The notes beneath the pieces were generated by a model, which searched no databases, was not told where the DNA came from, and saw only the letters and a program-made list of their open reading frames with translations. 64,000 nucleotides of DNA from NCBI RefSeq assembly GCF_006345805.1, contig NC_042997.1, positions 111,910,001 to 111,974,000 on the forward strand, given 5' to 3'. Shown here piece after piece: positions 1 to 11,240 of this stretch. The first letter of the stretch is position 1, and each line of letters starts with the position of its first letter. Origin of the DNA: Octopus sinensis (Eukaryota). A program made the translations under genes and the position numbers.

Positions 1-102
1 CATCTAGTGTACCCTTATCAGACGGGTAGTCATGATGGATATACTGGGCTTCGTATATTTTACCCCAGTGTCACTTTGATGGCATGCACTGCTCTCTCAC
101 TC
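1..102 (+). mobile_element. 3' end of an (AAT)n-associated non-autonomous element (family E)
   Basis: Near-identical to 15783-15878 (gtgtacccttatcagacgg...ctctctcactc); both run directly into (AAT)n. Confidence 0.8.
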
Positions 103-112
103 AATAATAATG

Positions 113-180
<68 letters not shown>
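103..180. repeat. (AAT)n microsatellite
   Basis: Nearly pure AAT tract; source of the poly-N/poly-I/poly-Y ORFs. Confidence 0.98.
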
Positions 181-829
181 CCTTTCTACTATAGGCACAA
201 GGCCTGAAACTTTTGGGGGAGGGGGCCAACATAAAAGACAAAAACAGGACAATACAATGGGTTTTCTGCGTGTACACAATATAATAACAATAAAAATTGA
301 ACAAATTAAAACTCCCAATAGGGGAGGCTCTTTAAGATCCCCGTGGAAAAACCTACAAAAGCTACAGGTGCCTGAACAACAGGGCAGGAGCCTTTCTCCT
401 TTGATTCCCTGTTTGTACAGCTGCACGCTCAGAATGGTCCTTTCACATTGGCCATTCTTTCAACATTCACCCACCTTCCAACAAACTTGCTACAAGACAG
501 CACTTCCCTCTCTCCACCTTCAACTTCCTTTTCAAGTGAAACTTGAAAAAGTTGATGAGGGTTTGGCCAAAGAAGAAAGTGTCTGTCTTTAAGCCCTTTC
601 AAACAGGTCCACCATACTATCTCTTTTGCTACAGCCACTAAACAGATAAAAAAAGTGCCTGCCCTTCCCGGACAAAAGAGGGCGGTGGTGTAATTTTCAC
701 AGTATATTCAGCTGATAACCGGTTCCGTCCTACACGCGACAGCAGGTGTTCGACATAAATCCACAGGTCAGCAATACTCGGGCACTGGACGAGGGCGTGC
801 AGCACGGTTCCATCGTTCTGGGCGCACCT
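181..829 (-). mobile_element. Tx1/L1-clade LINE 3' fragment (ORF2 C-terminus plus 3' UTR)
   Basis: Minus-strand translation RCAQNDGTVLHALVQCPSIADLW...VAVAKEIVWW...EREVLSCSKFVGRWVNVERMA fits the decayed CCHC and C-terminal region of L1/Tx1 ORF2. Homologous to 29494-29872; ends at (AAT)n. Confidence 0.75.
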
Positions 830-830
830 A

Positions 831-958
831 ATAATATTCAGTTATAAAAATAGATGATCTTTTTAAACATTGAATGACTATTAGGGTCCAGTAGTAAAAT
901 GGGAATTAAAAGGGGTCCATAGGAAAACAAAAAAATGGTTGAGAAGCATTAGTTGAAT
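831..958. mobile_element. hAT (Charlie-like) MITE right-end remnant
   Basis: ggggtccatagg...aaaatggttgagaagcattag resembles the right end of the MITE at 35470-35721. Confidence 0.45.
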
Positions 959-1526
959 CAATAACAACATTTGAGAAGTAATTTATCTCACCAACTCCGG
1001 AAGAATAAAAAGAAAAGTCAACCTTGGTGGCATTTGAACGTAAAGAGCTGGAACAAATACCGCAGAATATTTGCGGTTCTTATATGGATTCTGCCGATCC
1101 ATTACTCTAAGAATGACGTCAGCAATTTTCTTTAACTTTTCCGATGAAAAAATAAAAATGACATCATCACAGAGCAATAAATGGATTACACCCTTTCCTA
1201 GTAAACAGCAAAATTCTTAAATATTAATCTTAAAACGTGGTAAAATTTGAATGAAGAAAACTATTGGAACTAAAAATTTTAATATTTTATGTTTAATTCA
1301 ATAATTTAATCGATAAGTGAAGCGCAGACGTTTTAAGATTTGGTATATTCGTCTATGAAAGAAATTAAACGATTCGGAGAAAAGCCGTTTAAGAGATAAC
1401 TTCTCAAATATATATCCAGTATCATCGACATCTTAATTAACACTTGACAATTAAGAAAAGAGTAATGTTTAATTACTGTCTGCAAAATAGGCGCAGGAGT
1501 GGCTGTGTGGTAAGTAGCTCGCTTAC

Positions 1527-3583
1527 TACTAAGTTGTTGAGTCGCTTTTTTTACACTGAGAAAGTAACGTCATTTGACGTTAAAATTGAACATTTGAAGT
1601 GCGACTACAGGTAAGGCATTTGTTTTTGGGGAGCTTAGTAAGGTCCGTTGTCCGTATTTTTTATTATTTTTTCGAACAAGGGTCTCCACTGGGTTCCAGA
1701 CATTTGTTTGTCAGTGGTCGTACTAAAAGACTCACTTTTTAGTGAGAATTGTGTGTATTTTCGGGAGGAGTGTCCCTCCGAAAATTTATGATTTTATGTG
1801 ACTGTGTGCACTTCGTGGATTTTACCATTTGGAGTACAATCAGAATTGGAGGAATTTTTTACTGCTATTTTTGTGCTGCAAGGGATTTTTAACTGTGCTA
1901 CGGGGGATAACTAGAGCTGAATTTTGTTGTCATTCGAACTGTCGTCCTTCGTTCTTTTTCTCTTGTCTGTCTTTCTGCTCTTTTTTGTGTTTGCATTAGA
2001 AACTTTTATTTGAGCATTTTTGATTTTGTAGTGGACTTTTATATTTTAGTCTATTTTATCAATGGCAACCAAATGTAAGGAACCCTTGGAGTTGCGAATT
2101 GTGGCTCCCAAGGAGTGGCTAAAAAACTACGATGAGAGAATGGTGGTGTTGCGGACCTATTGCAAGGTCCGCGACACCATCTGTGTATTCTCTCAGGATG
2201 AAATTGAAGAAGAGTTGGCGGGATTTGTGCTAACTTATAGGTTCATACGTAGGGGGGCAAAGTACGCAACGGTGTGCGTGCTTTTCGACACCCCTACAGA
2301 GGCTCAGAAATTTGCGAGCCAACCTATAAATGGGAGGAAGATTTTGTTTCTCCCCGTTTACGGTGGGCATAAATTGACAAGAGCCTGGGTGTGTGGGCTG
2401 CTGCCTGGTATAGAGGCTGAATGGATAGAAGATTCTATCCGTCGAGGCCTGGATGGTGGTCCTGCCAGGCTCTTGAATGTAAAAATACTGCTTGCAGTCG
2501 ATTGGGTTGGGTCAAAAGCAATTTTGACCCTATGGGCCCAATCGGCTGAAGATCTGGTTTTACCAGATTTCTTGACAATGGCCGGTTCCAGGCACCCAGT
2601 GATCATTGAGGGACGCCCCCCCCCCAGTATCAGCTGTGCCTGGAATCAGGGCACATGAAGAACTGTTACCGGACCAGGCGAAGGTCCTGGAACAGTTGAT
2701 TGGTGATGACTGTAATCCCCCTGTTCTCCCAACGGAGCCTCCTGCTCCTTCATTGGAAGGAGAGAGGGAGAAAGTTGAGGAGGAGGTAATCTCCTCGAGA
2801 AAAGGTACTAAGAGAAAGAAAGTGGGCAACAATGGTTGCCCACCGATGGACTCTCAGGTGGCGGGAGGAGAGGAGGAACCTCGGACATGTCGGAGGAACT
2901 CTACCCTCCGTCGCAAAACGGAAAAAAGAAGAAAAAGAAAAACGAGGCATTGCCGGCGACTGCATGTCCCGAAATGCCTTCGGTGGGTTGTCTGCCACCG
3001 GAGGGGCACCGATCAAGGTAGTTGAGGTCCCTCTCAATGAAAGTAATGAGTAATTTGTATTCCTCTATCGCAGGGGAGGGGCGATTGAGGAGTATGTGGA
3101 AAATAATCTTGATAGTCGGGTTCTGATGGATCCGATTTTTATTGACAGTCGAGTGGCCTTCGCAGGTGCCTGCACTGGTACTGGAAAGAAAATATTTTTT
3201 CCACAGGTCAAGATCTTCCCAAAGGAGGACTACAGATTACTTTTTTTAGCTCCGATTGGCGGTTGCAGGAATACCTGCAGGCCACAAAAGAGTTAATTGA
3301 GGGAGTAATGTAAGAGGTTTATCGCCTCCATATGTATAAAATTTGTTTCCTTTGTGATGGACTTCTAGTCCAGTTTTTTTGTATATATTTGTAAGAGGTT
3401 TAATACCTCTTTATATGATGTTTTTAACGAACAATGTTTTATAGAAGCAGAGGGTCGGTGGGCGCTTTCTGTCTTCTCCCATCTTCATCATCTTGTATTA
3501 TTATCATTCGCCTCATCAATGTCTTGTCCAGCCCACAAAGCTACATACCTGTGTACTGCCTTTATGGAAAATGATATAAAATA
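1527..3583 (+). mobile_element. ORF1-only non-autonomous non-LTR retroelement (HAL1/half-L1-like)
   Basis: 15-bp TSD aagtagct(c/t)gcttac at 1512-1526 and 3584-3598; 535-nt leader, one disrupted ORF, about 290-nt 3' UTR ending atataaaataa; no RT or EN recognisable. Confidence 0.75.
2062..3296 (+). pseudogene. Frameshifted ORF1-like protein (putative RRM region, degenerate CCHC knuckle, acidic/basic linker)
   Basis: 198-aa ORF to IIEGRPP; a frameshift in the C10 run (2616-2625) restores QYQLCLESGHMKNC, a knuckle-like C-x2-C-x4-H-x-C; K/E/P-rich frames continue to the stop at 3296. Confidence 0.6.
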
Positions 3584-3724
3584 AAGTAGCTTGCTTACGA
3601 ACCACATGGTTCCGGGTTCAATCCCACTGCGTGGCACCTTGGGCAAGTGTCTTCAACTATAACCTTGTGCCGAACAAAGCCTCGTGAGTGGATTTGGTAG
3701 ACGGAAATTGAAAGAAGCCCGTCG

Positions 3725-3767
<43 letters not shown>

Positions 3768-4041
3768 TGTGTGTGTGTGTGTGTGTCCTACTATCGCTTG
3801 ACAAACGATGTTGGTGTGTTCACGTCCCCGTAACTTAGCGGTTCGGCAAAGGAGAGCGATAGAATAAGTACTAGGCTTACAAAGAATAAGAACTGGGGTC
3901 GATTTGTTCAACTAAAGGCGGTGCTCCAACATGGCCACAGTCAAATGACTGAAACAAATAAAAGAAGAGTATTTACACGATTCCGTTGACGCCTTTAACT
4001 GGACTGGCTTAGTGACAGGCCACAAGTAAATAGGCGTTAGC

Positions 4042-4043
<2 letters not shown>

Positions 4044-4121
<78 letters not shown>
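4044..4121. repeat. (CA)n microsatellite
   Basis: Direct observation. Confidence 0.98.
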
Positions 4122-4124
<3 letters not shown>

Positions 4125-4339
4125 GAGAGATTGTATTGGGTAACTCGTGAGGCTGCTCATGAGTATTGCTGTTAACATAGAATCCAGTACAACCTATTGC
4201 ATAGTCGGGCCGTCGGCGACTAAAACGACACCCCCACTAGGTTTGTCTGGTGAGGAGGGTTGTTAGAAACCCCGCAGGGATAAAAACAAGACCTGTCAAA
4301 AACATGAATAAAACTAGTGTAAGTTCAACGACTATCTAG

Positions 4340-4483
4340 GACTAGCTAAGGGAACGCGGCAGGAGCTGTCCGCCCTGGGCGGCACTTTTGGGTCTGATGT
4401 AAGCAATGTGTGTTTTTTGTGGGGTCCAGGAGCGGCAAACGGAAGGGTCGCCCCTAGCGGCACAGACTCTAGCTACGCTAGTG
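4340..4483. mobile_element. Small GC-rich MITE, possibly hAT-type
   Basis: Ends gactagctaag and ctagctacgctagtg are imperfect TIRs; flanks ctatctag and gtatctac could be a decayed 8-bp TSD. Confidence 0.4.
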
Positions 4484-4967
4484 TATCTACGAATAGCACA
4501 GTCTCTTGGAAATTCCGGGTTGGTGTCCGATGTGCTGGAAGACCACTAGGAGTGAGACACCCCTTAGCTTTTGTTAAAGCATGTCTCTAGAACTCGCTTC
4601 AATCCCAAAGTGTGTATGCATGTGAGCGGGGACCACATGTAAACTTGTAGTCTCATTGAAAAAATGTGTTCGGAGGTGAGATTGGATTAGATGGGTGCTA
4701 ATGAAGGGACAACCCCCATCCCCCACATAGGGACAAGGACCAGGGCGTACCCTCAAGGTACGGAGGTCATAATATAAGTGGAAGGGTATTGCCAAAGAAA
4801 CGTGAACAGTGAGTAGATAAAAATTTTACAAGTCAGCGACATATATTTATTGCAAATATAAGAGGAGAGAAATATGTTTTATTTAATTTATATCAACGTA
4901 ATAAATATTACGGAGATGTACTTGCATAGCAAGTGGCCTGATCTGAGATCGTGTGCTGGAAAGAAAA

Positions 4968-5238
4968 CAACTGCAGCGTTTATAAGCCATTTAAGAAACA
5001 CACAAAAACCCTTAGATTCACTTCAACATTTAAATTTGATTTGTCAAATTATTTTCGTCGCTTTCAGACCGCGACCTGTCCACTGACAAAATTTCGTGCA
5101 GCACGGAATTTTGTCAGTGACAGGTCGCGGTCTGAAAGCGACGAAAATATTTTGACAATCAAATTAAATGTTGAAGTGAATCTAAGGGTTTTTGTGTGTT
5201 TCTTAAATGGCTTATAAATACCTTCCACGCTGCTGTTG
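4968..5238. mobile_element. Foldback palindromic element with about 120-bp arms
   Basis: 4979-5099 is the near-perfect reverse complement of 5101-5218 around a 1-nt centre (cgtgc-a-gcacg); a related half copy lies at about 40122-40210. Confidence 0.85.
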
Positions 5239-5439
5239 TAATAAATGTTTTTCTCTGGAAATTTTGTATTACATTAACTGATATTAGAAGCAGGAAAGTA
5301 TTGTATGTATGCCTTATTTCCTGGTATTACTTATTATGGTAGCAAAAGTTTACTTGAAAAGTTACCAGTCGTTAACACCACACACACACACACAAAAGCA
5401 TACACACACAAACATACACACACAAACATACACACATAT

Positions 5440-5595
5440 ATATATCACTTTCTCTTACTCCTTTCTGTTGAGGAGCGTAGGCTCGAAACGTAAAAGACTT
5501 TTTCATCTTTCATTTTCCCGAGTGTCAAACTAATACACCTGCTTCTTGTTCATACACCTGTCTTCGTCTTTTTTTTTTTTTGTAAATTTCACCTA
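5440..5595 (+). mobile_element. Family C short repeat (probable Penelope pseudo-LTR derivative)
   Basis: Same sequence at 22090-22275(-), 28262-28445(+), 34330-34560(-), 53420-53497(-, partial) and 59600-59785(+); carries a hammerhead-like motif. Confidence 0.7.
5461..5496 (+). ncRNA. Minimal type-I hammerhead-like motif, family C (CUGUUGA core)
   Basis: cttt-CTGTTGA-g-gagc/gtag/gctc-GAAA-cg-TA-aaag: stem I cttt/aaag, 4-bp stem II, palindromic ACGT in place of stem III. Confidence 0.55.
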
Positions 5596-5621
5596 TGTAT
5601 GTATATATGTATGTATATTCA

Positions 5622-5835
5622 TTTATTCTTTTATTCTTTTATTTGCTTCAGTCATTTGACTGTGGCTATGCTGGAGCACCGCTTTTAGTCGAACAAATCG
5701 ACATCAGAACTTATTCCTTGTAAGCCTAGTAATTATTCTATCGGTTCTTTGTTGAACCGCTAAGTTACGGGGACGTAAACACACCAGCATCGATTGTCAA
5801 GCGATGGTGGAGGTGGGGACAAACACAGACACACA
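5622..5835 (-). mobile_element. SINE family B, 3' half
   Basis: Reverse complement of the family B tail (gtttcagtcatttgactgtggctatgctggagcaccgc...). Confidence 0.85.
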
Positions 5836-5844
5836 ACACACAAA

Positions 5845-5942
5845 AAATACGTATATATACAATATATACATATATAATATATATATAGCTATATATATAT
5901 ATATATATACACAACATATATATGTATATGTAGATATATATA

Positions 5943-5983
<41 letters not shown>

Positions 5984-6120
5984 CATAATATATAATATAT
6001 ATATATTATATATATCTATATCTTTATATATATATATATTATATATATAATATATATATATATATATGCATACATACATACCACACACGCATATGTACAT
6101 GGGGTGTGTGTGTGTGTGTA
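5845..6120. repeat. (TA)n-dominated compound microsatellite
   Basis: Direct observation. Confidence 0.95.
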
Positions 6121-6149
6121 TCTGCTTGTCTGTGTTTATGCGTGTGAAG

Positions 6150-6980
6150 TGCTATCGTACGAAACTTCCAGCCCTTGTGTTCTCTTTTTCACTGATCTTC
6201 AGCTTTATGTTAACATCCACTGGGCAGCTGATTTCCACAACTGTACACAGTTTCTCTTCTCTATCCCAAATCGTTATATCAGGTCCGTTGTGTTTACTTT
6301 TTATTAAGGTCTTCACTGGGACATTCCACCCATACTGTTGGTTCTTATTTCTTTACTGTCGAGGTTATCCTTCGACGGATCTCATTATACAGTGTCCTTG
6401 CTACCCCATCATCTTTTATCGGTAGATAATACCGTGATGACATTTTCGGGCAACTGCTTATGATGTGGGTGATATCTTCAGTGTTAACTCCACAAAGTCT
6501 GCATCCATTGTCACATTTTATTGCTTTTCTGCATCTCAATCCCTTTTGTGCATCAGGTACTTGGTTGATATTTCCTGTTCCTGGATAGCAAATGTATACC
6601 CATTAAAGTGGGAGGTAGTAATCCAGCCACTGGTCCATGATAGACTGCTTTGATGATCGATGTTACTATCATCTCGGAGTTTTCTACTATCATATCTATG
6701 CATAGTCTCCTGCTCATATAGGTTCATCCTTTCATCTGATGATACGTTGCCGTAGAGTCGTGCGATTTCTTTGGGCATGTATTCTAGGTTATCAGACAAA
6801 GAGTGTTTCTCAAGGAGTTGCCTTCCAACTCTTATGATGTTATCAGTCTCATATATGCAAAAATCGTCAAGAGATGCACTTCAACACTTGGTGGTTAAAA
6901 GGTGTTTCCGAAGGGATATGATGCGACATTCGAAGATAATTTGGATCGATGTTAAGCCTCTGCCACCTTGTTTTCGTTTG
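6150..6980 (-). mobile_element. R4/Dong/NeSL-type non-LTR fragment (post-RT region, CCHC, REL endonuclease)
   Basis: Minus-strand motifs KQGGRGL, FAIQEQEISTKY, CRLCGVNTEDITHIISSC and PDITIWDREEKLCTVVEISCP (PD-(D/E)xK type); frameshifted. Confidence 0.85.
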
Positions 6981-7149
6981 CATGTGTGTATGTATATGTG
7001 TGTGTGTGTATATATATATGTGTATGTATATATATATATATATATGTATGTATGCATGCATGCGTGTGAGTGTGTATGTATGTATGTATGTATGTATGTA
7101 TGTATGTATGTATGTATTTACGTACGTATGTATGTATGAGGGAGCAAGT

Positions 7150-7350
7150 GTTCTACGAAAGCATATATTGTTGTTAAACGCTCGAAATACGAGACTAGAA
7201 AAGCAGCCAACAACTGATGAAGGGTCGTTCTTTATGTTATTTGTTTTATTTCCATTTGTGTCATTCGTTGTTCGAAAGAATTGTTCATGTTCCATGTACT
7301 CGTGCTTCGTACTTTTTTTGTTGTACACGTTTCCTGACGTCCTGTGCCCA
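7150..7350 (+). mobile_element. Uncharacterised interspersed repeat, family F
   Basis: Homologous to 33930-34205; related sequence at about 36250-36560 and 58730-58800; ends in (TA)n. Confidence 0.6.
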
Positions 7351-7354
7351 CATA

Positions 7355-7404
<50 letters not shown>

Positions 7405-7505
7405 GGCGTATAGATGTAAGTATGTACATATACGTATGTATATATGCATATATAGAAATATATTATTCATGTTATGATATATATGTGTGTGTGTGTGTAT
7501 GTATG

Positions 7506-7539
<34 letters not shown>

Positions 7540-7555
7540 TGTATGTATGTATAAA

Positions 7556-7850
7556 GGAACGTGGCCCAGTGGTTATTGTTGCATTCATGATCGTTGGATC
7601 GTGTGTACGATAAGAGGACGGAGCGACTCGTAGTGTTCTTGAGCAAAGCACTTCATTTCATGTTGCTCCAGTCCATTCAGCTATAAATGTGTAACCTGCG
7701 ACGGACTAACCTTCCGATCAGGGGGAATGCTGGCATGCTCGCCCAGCCAATGGGGTAGTATCATTCGAAAGCTAAAATCTATGCAAGAGTGCATTATGGC
7801 CAGCGATGTATAACACCATCTGATATCCCGGTGGATCACGTGATTACGAT
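7556..7850 (+). mobile_element. SINE family D (diverged), with cacgtgat tail
   Basis: A box tggcccagtgg; central gtgttcttgagcaaagcactt...gctccagtcc; tail shared with 32576-32870. Confidence 0.7.
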
Positions 7851-8054
7851 ATATATGTACATATCATGTATGCAAGCTGTGCTCTTTGGCTCTGTTTGTG
7901 AAGACTACGAGGTTATCAGCTCTCATTTTTCTGTACTCTTACCTCTGAAGACGGCCAGCAGGGTAATCAAATAATAATAATTACTTTCTAATTAAGGAAA
8001 GTTAATCAACTTGACTCTGTTTTATGACAATTTGAGAGACACAAGCAAAATATC

Positions 8055-8086
<32 letters not shown>

Positions 8087-8305
8087 AGTTGATCGATTGA
8101 ATGACCCGGACCAAACAGAAGTAAATTAGCCTTATTTAGAAGACGTCCCCGAATTGCTGTCGTACCTGGATAACAGACCCAACAAAACAGCGACGACCAG
8201 AAAAATCACAGAGAAAGTTGTTGTTACGAGAGAGGAACGAATAAATTATCTGCCATTACTATCTATCATAGTCTGTCTGTGTGTCGTCGTCAGATGGTGA
8301 ATAGT

Positions 8306-9267
8306 GCTGCTGCCGCTGCTACTGCTGCTGCTGTGACTGCTGCTGTGACTGCTGCTGCTGCCACTGCTGCTACTGCTACTGCTACTGCTGCTGCTGTGAT
8401 ATCTAAATAACATCGGATTGGGTATCGGAATAACGGAATAAGCGAAGACGTAGGGTGGGGGAAAGAAGGCAGAGAAAGAAGACGGGAAGGATACAAGGAG
8501 AGGGAGAGAGGAGGAAAGGGAGTGGTGGGTAGAAAAGAGAGAGAGATGATGATGACGATGATGATGACCGTGGGGAAGAGGAAGGGAATGCGTGTTAAAA
8601 GGGTGGGGATTGACAATGACGGCCATTATGTGATCATGACGAAGGAGCAAGTGGAAAGAAAAACAAAGCGATGAAAAAGCGAGTGCGAAGACTGCGATGA
8701 TGATGATGATGATGAGGAGGAGGAGGAGGAAGGCAACGACGACGATGAGGATGATGACAAAAGGAAAGAAGAAAAATGAAGGATATGAAAAAAGAAGAAT
8801 AGATAAAGAAGGAAGAGAATGAATAAGAGGATGAAGAAGAAGGTGGAAAGGAGAGGGAGGAAGAGGAGAGGAGGAGAAGAACGAAGAGAAGGAAGAAGAA
8901 GAAGAGAAAGAAGAACAGGAAGAAGAAGATAAAGGACGAGGAGATGAAGGAAGATGAGGGGGAATGAGAAGGAAGAAGAGAAGGGAGGATGAGGAAGAGG
9001 CGGAGGAGAAGGAGGAGGAATAATAAAGGCAGAAGTATAAAAGAAAGAAACGATAATGAGAAGAGAAAGAAGGAGACGAGGGGAAGAAGAAGAAGAAGAA
9101 GAAAAAGAAGAGAAAAGAAGAAGAAGAAGAGTAAGAAGAAAAGAAAAGAAGAAGAAGAAGAAGAAAAGAAGAAGCAGAAAAGAAGAAAGAAGAAGAAGAA
9201 GAAGAGAAGAAGAAGAAGAAGAAGAAGAAAAGAAGAAGAAGAAGAAGAAGAAGAGAAGAAGAAGAAA
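8306..9267. repeat. Compound (CTG)n/(GAT)n/(GAG)n/(GAA)n low-complexity tract
   Basis: Direct observation. Confidence 0.95.
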
Positions 9268-9373
9268 TCGATAATTATCTGTTTGCAATAACAAACATCA
9301 TATAGACTGACTTATCGTTGTCATAGCAACGCTGTCAGTGAATTCAGTGCTTCTAACATAGGTATGAAGACGG

Positions 9374-9643
9374 TTGAGAGTACACACACGCACACACACA
9401 CACAACACACACACACACAAGCACACACGTAAACATATTTACATACGTATACATACATACACGCACATATATATGTATGTATGTATATATGCATATATAT
9501 ATGTTTATATATATATATATATGTTATATATATATATATACATATGCATACAGACACACACATATATAATTATATGCATACATATACATATATATATGTA
9601 AATGATTAATATACAGGTGTGTATATATCTATCAATCTCCCTG

Positions 9644-9700
<57 letters not shown>

Positions 9701-9732
9701 ATATATATATCTATATATATATATATAATATA

Positions 9733-9774
<42 letters not shown>

Positions 9775-9851
9775 CATACATATATGTGCATATGTATTAT
9801 GTTATGTATACATATATACTTATATATGCATATACACATATACATACATAC

Positions 9852-9894
<43 letters not shown>

Positions 9895-10000
9895 CATACA
9901 TACATACATACATACATACATACATACATACATACACACACATATGCACACACATGACATCTGCGCGTGTACTTCGACACTCAAACGAATGCAATAATCA
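9374..10000. repeat. (CA)/(TA)/(TCTA)/(CATA) compound microsatellite
   Basis: Direct observation. Confidence 0.95.
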
Positions 10001-10249
10001 CATATTCACACCATAAGACGAATGTGCATACGCACGTACGTATATATACATGCAATCATATTCGGGTGCAGGCACTCAGACACACGTTATACACGCGCGT
10101 GCGCACGCACACGCACACATATACACACACTGATACACTGACATACTCTCTCCTACTCTTACTTTCCCCCTTTCTGTTCAACGCAGCATATGCACAGACG
10201 TGTCCGAGTGTGCGCAGGCGCATAGGGACACACAGATACGCACACGTAC

Positions 10250-10373
10250 GTGCGTGAGCGCTTACATATACATACATACACTCACGCACGAACGAAGGCA
10301 CAAACGCGCACACACGCATACGTGTCTTTGTTTCAGCAAAATATATATGCAGATGCACACACGCACACTCACT

Positions 10374-10404
<31 letters not shown>

Positions 10405-11240
10405 CACACACACACACCGCGCACGCACACACACACACACACACACATATATACCTCACACATCTACAGAGAGAAACACATACATTCTGCCATTAAATGA
10501 ACACACACACACAACATTCATGCTCACACGCACACACACAAACGCACACACACACACACACACCACGCATACGTGTCTTTGTTTCACCAAAATATACATG
10601 CACACACGCACACACACACACACGTATAACTCACACATCTACCGAGAGAAACACACATACATACTGCCATTAAATGTACTCACACACACACACAGGCATT
10701 CATGCACACACGCACACACACACGCACACACACACACACACGCACACACGCATACACACACGCACACACACACACACGCATACGTGTCTTTGTTTCACCA
10801 AAATATACATGCACACACGCACACACACACACACATGTATAACTCACACATCTACCGAGAGAAACACACATACACACTGCCATTAAATGTACACACACAC
10901 ACAGGCATTCATGCACACACGCACACACGCACACACGCACACGCATATGTGTCTTTGTTTCACCAAAATATACATGCACACACACACACACATACACACG
11001 TATAATTGACACATCTACTGAGAGAATCACACACACACACATACATATATACTGCCATCAAATATATATACACACATTCACACACACATATACATTCATG
11101 CACACACACACGTATACATTCAAGCACGCACACGATCAATCGAAACACGCACATACACATGTATATAAGACAACTGCCAATAACCGCACATACACACACA
11201 TATACATATGCACGCACATAGATATATACACAAACACAAC
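10250..11240. repeat. Higher-order minisatellite with embedded (CA)n
   Basis: Anchor (c/t)gtgtctttgtttca recurs at 10321, 10572, 10783 and 10948, with shared ctcacacatctac..gagagaaacacac..ctgccattaaatg segments. Confidence 0.85.

Larger units (their letters stand above)
1489..3970 (+). mobile_element. tRNA-derived SINE family B, split by a 2-kb insertion
   Basis: Head aggcgcaggagtggctgtgtggtaag (A box) at 1489-1526; continues at 3584 with B box gggttcaatccc, internal (TA)/(TG) tract and tail tgactgaaacaaataaaag. Confidence 0.9.

Noticed and set aside
7205-7300. CTGATGA in family F (also near 34066) as a hammerhead core
   Set aside because: No stem II-GAAA-stem III-UH arrangement follows; the upstream CUA(U)CGA...GAAA candidates in this family are inconsistent between copies.
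8246-9294. Poly-Ser/Leu/Arg/Glu ORFs
   Set aside because: Translation of CTG/GAT/GAA tracts.
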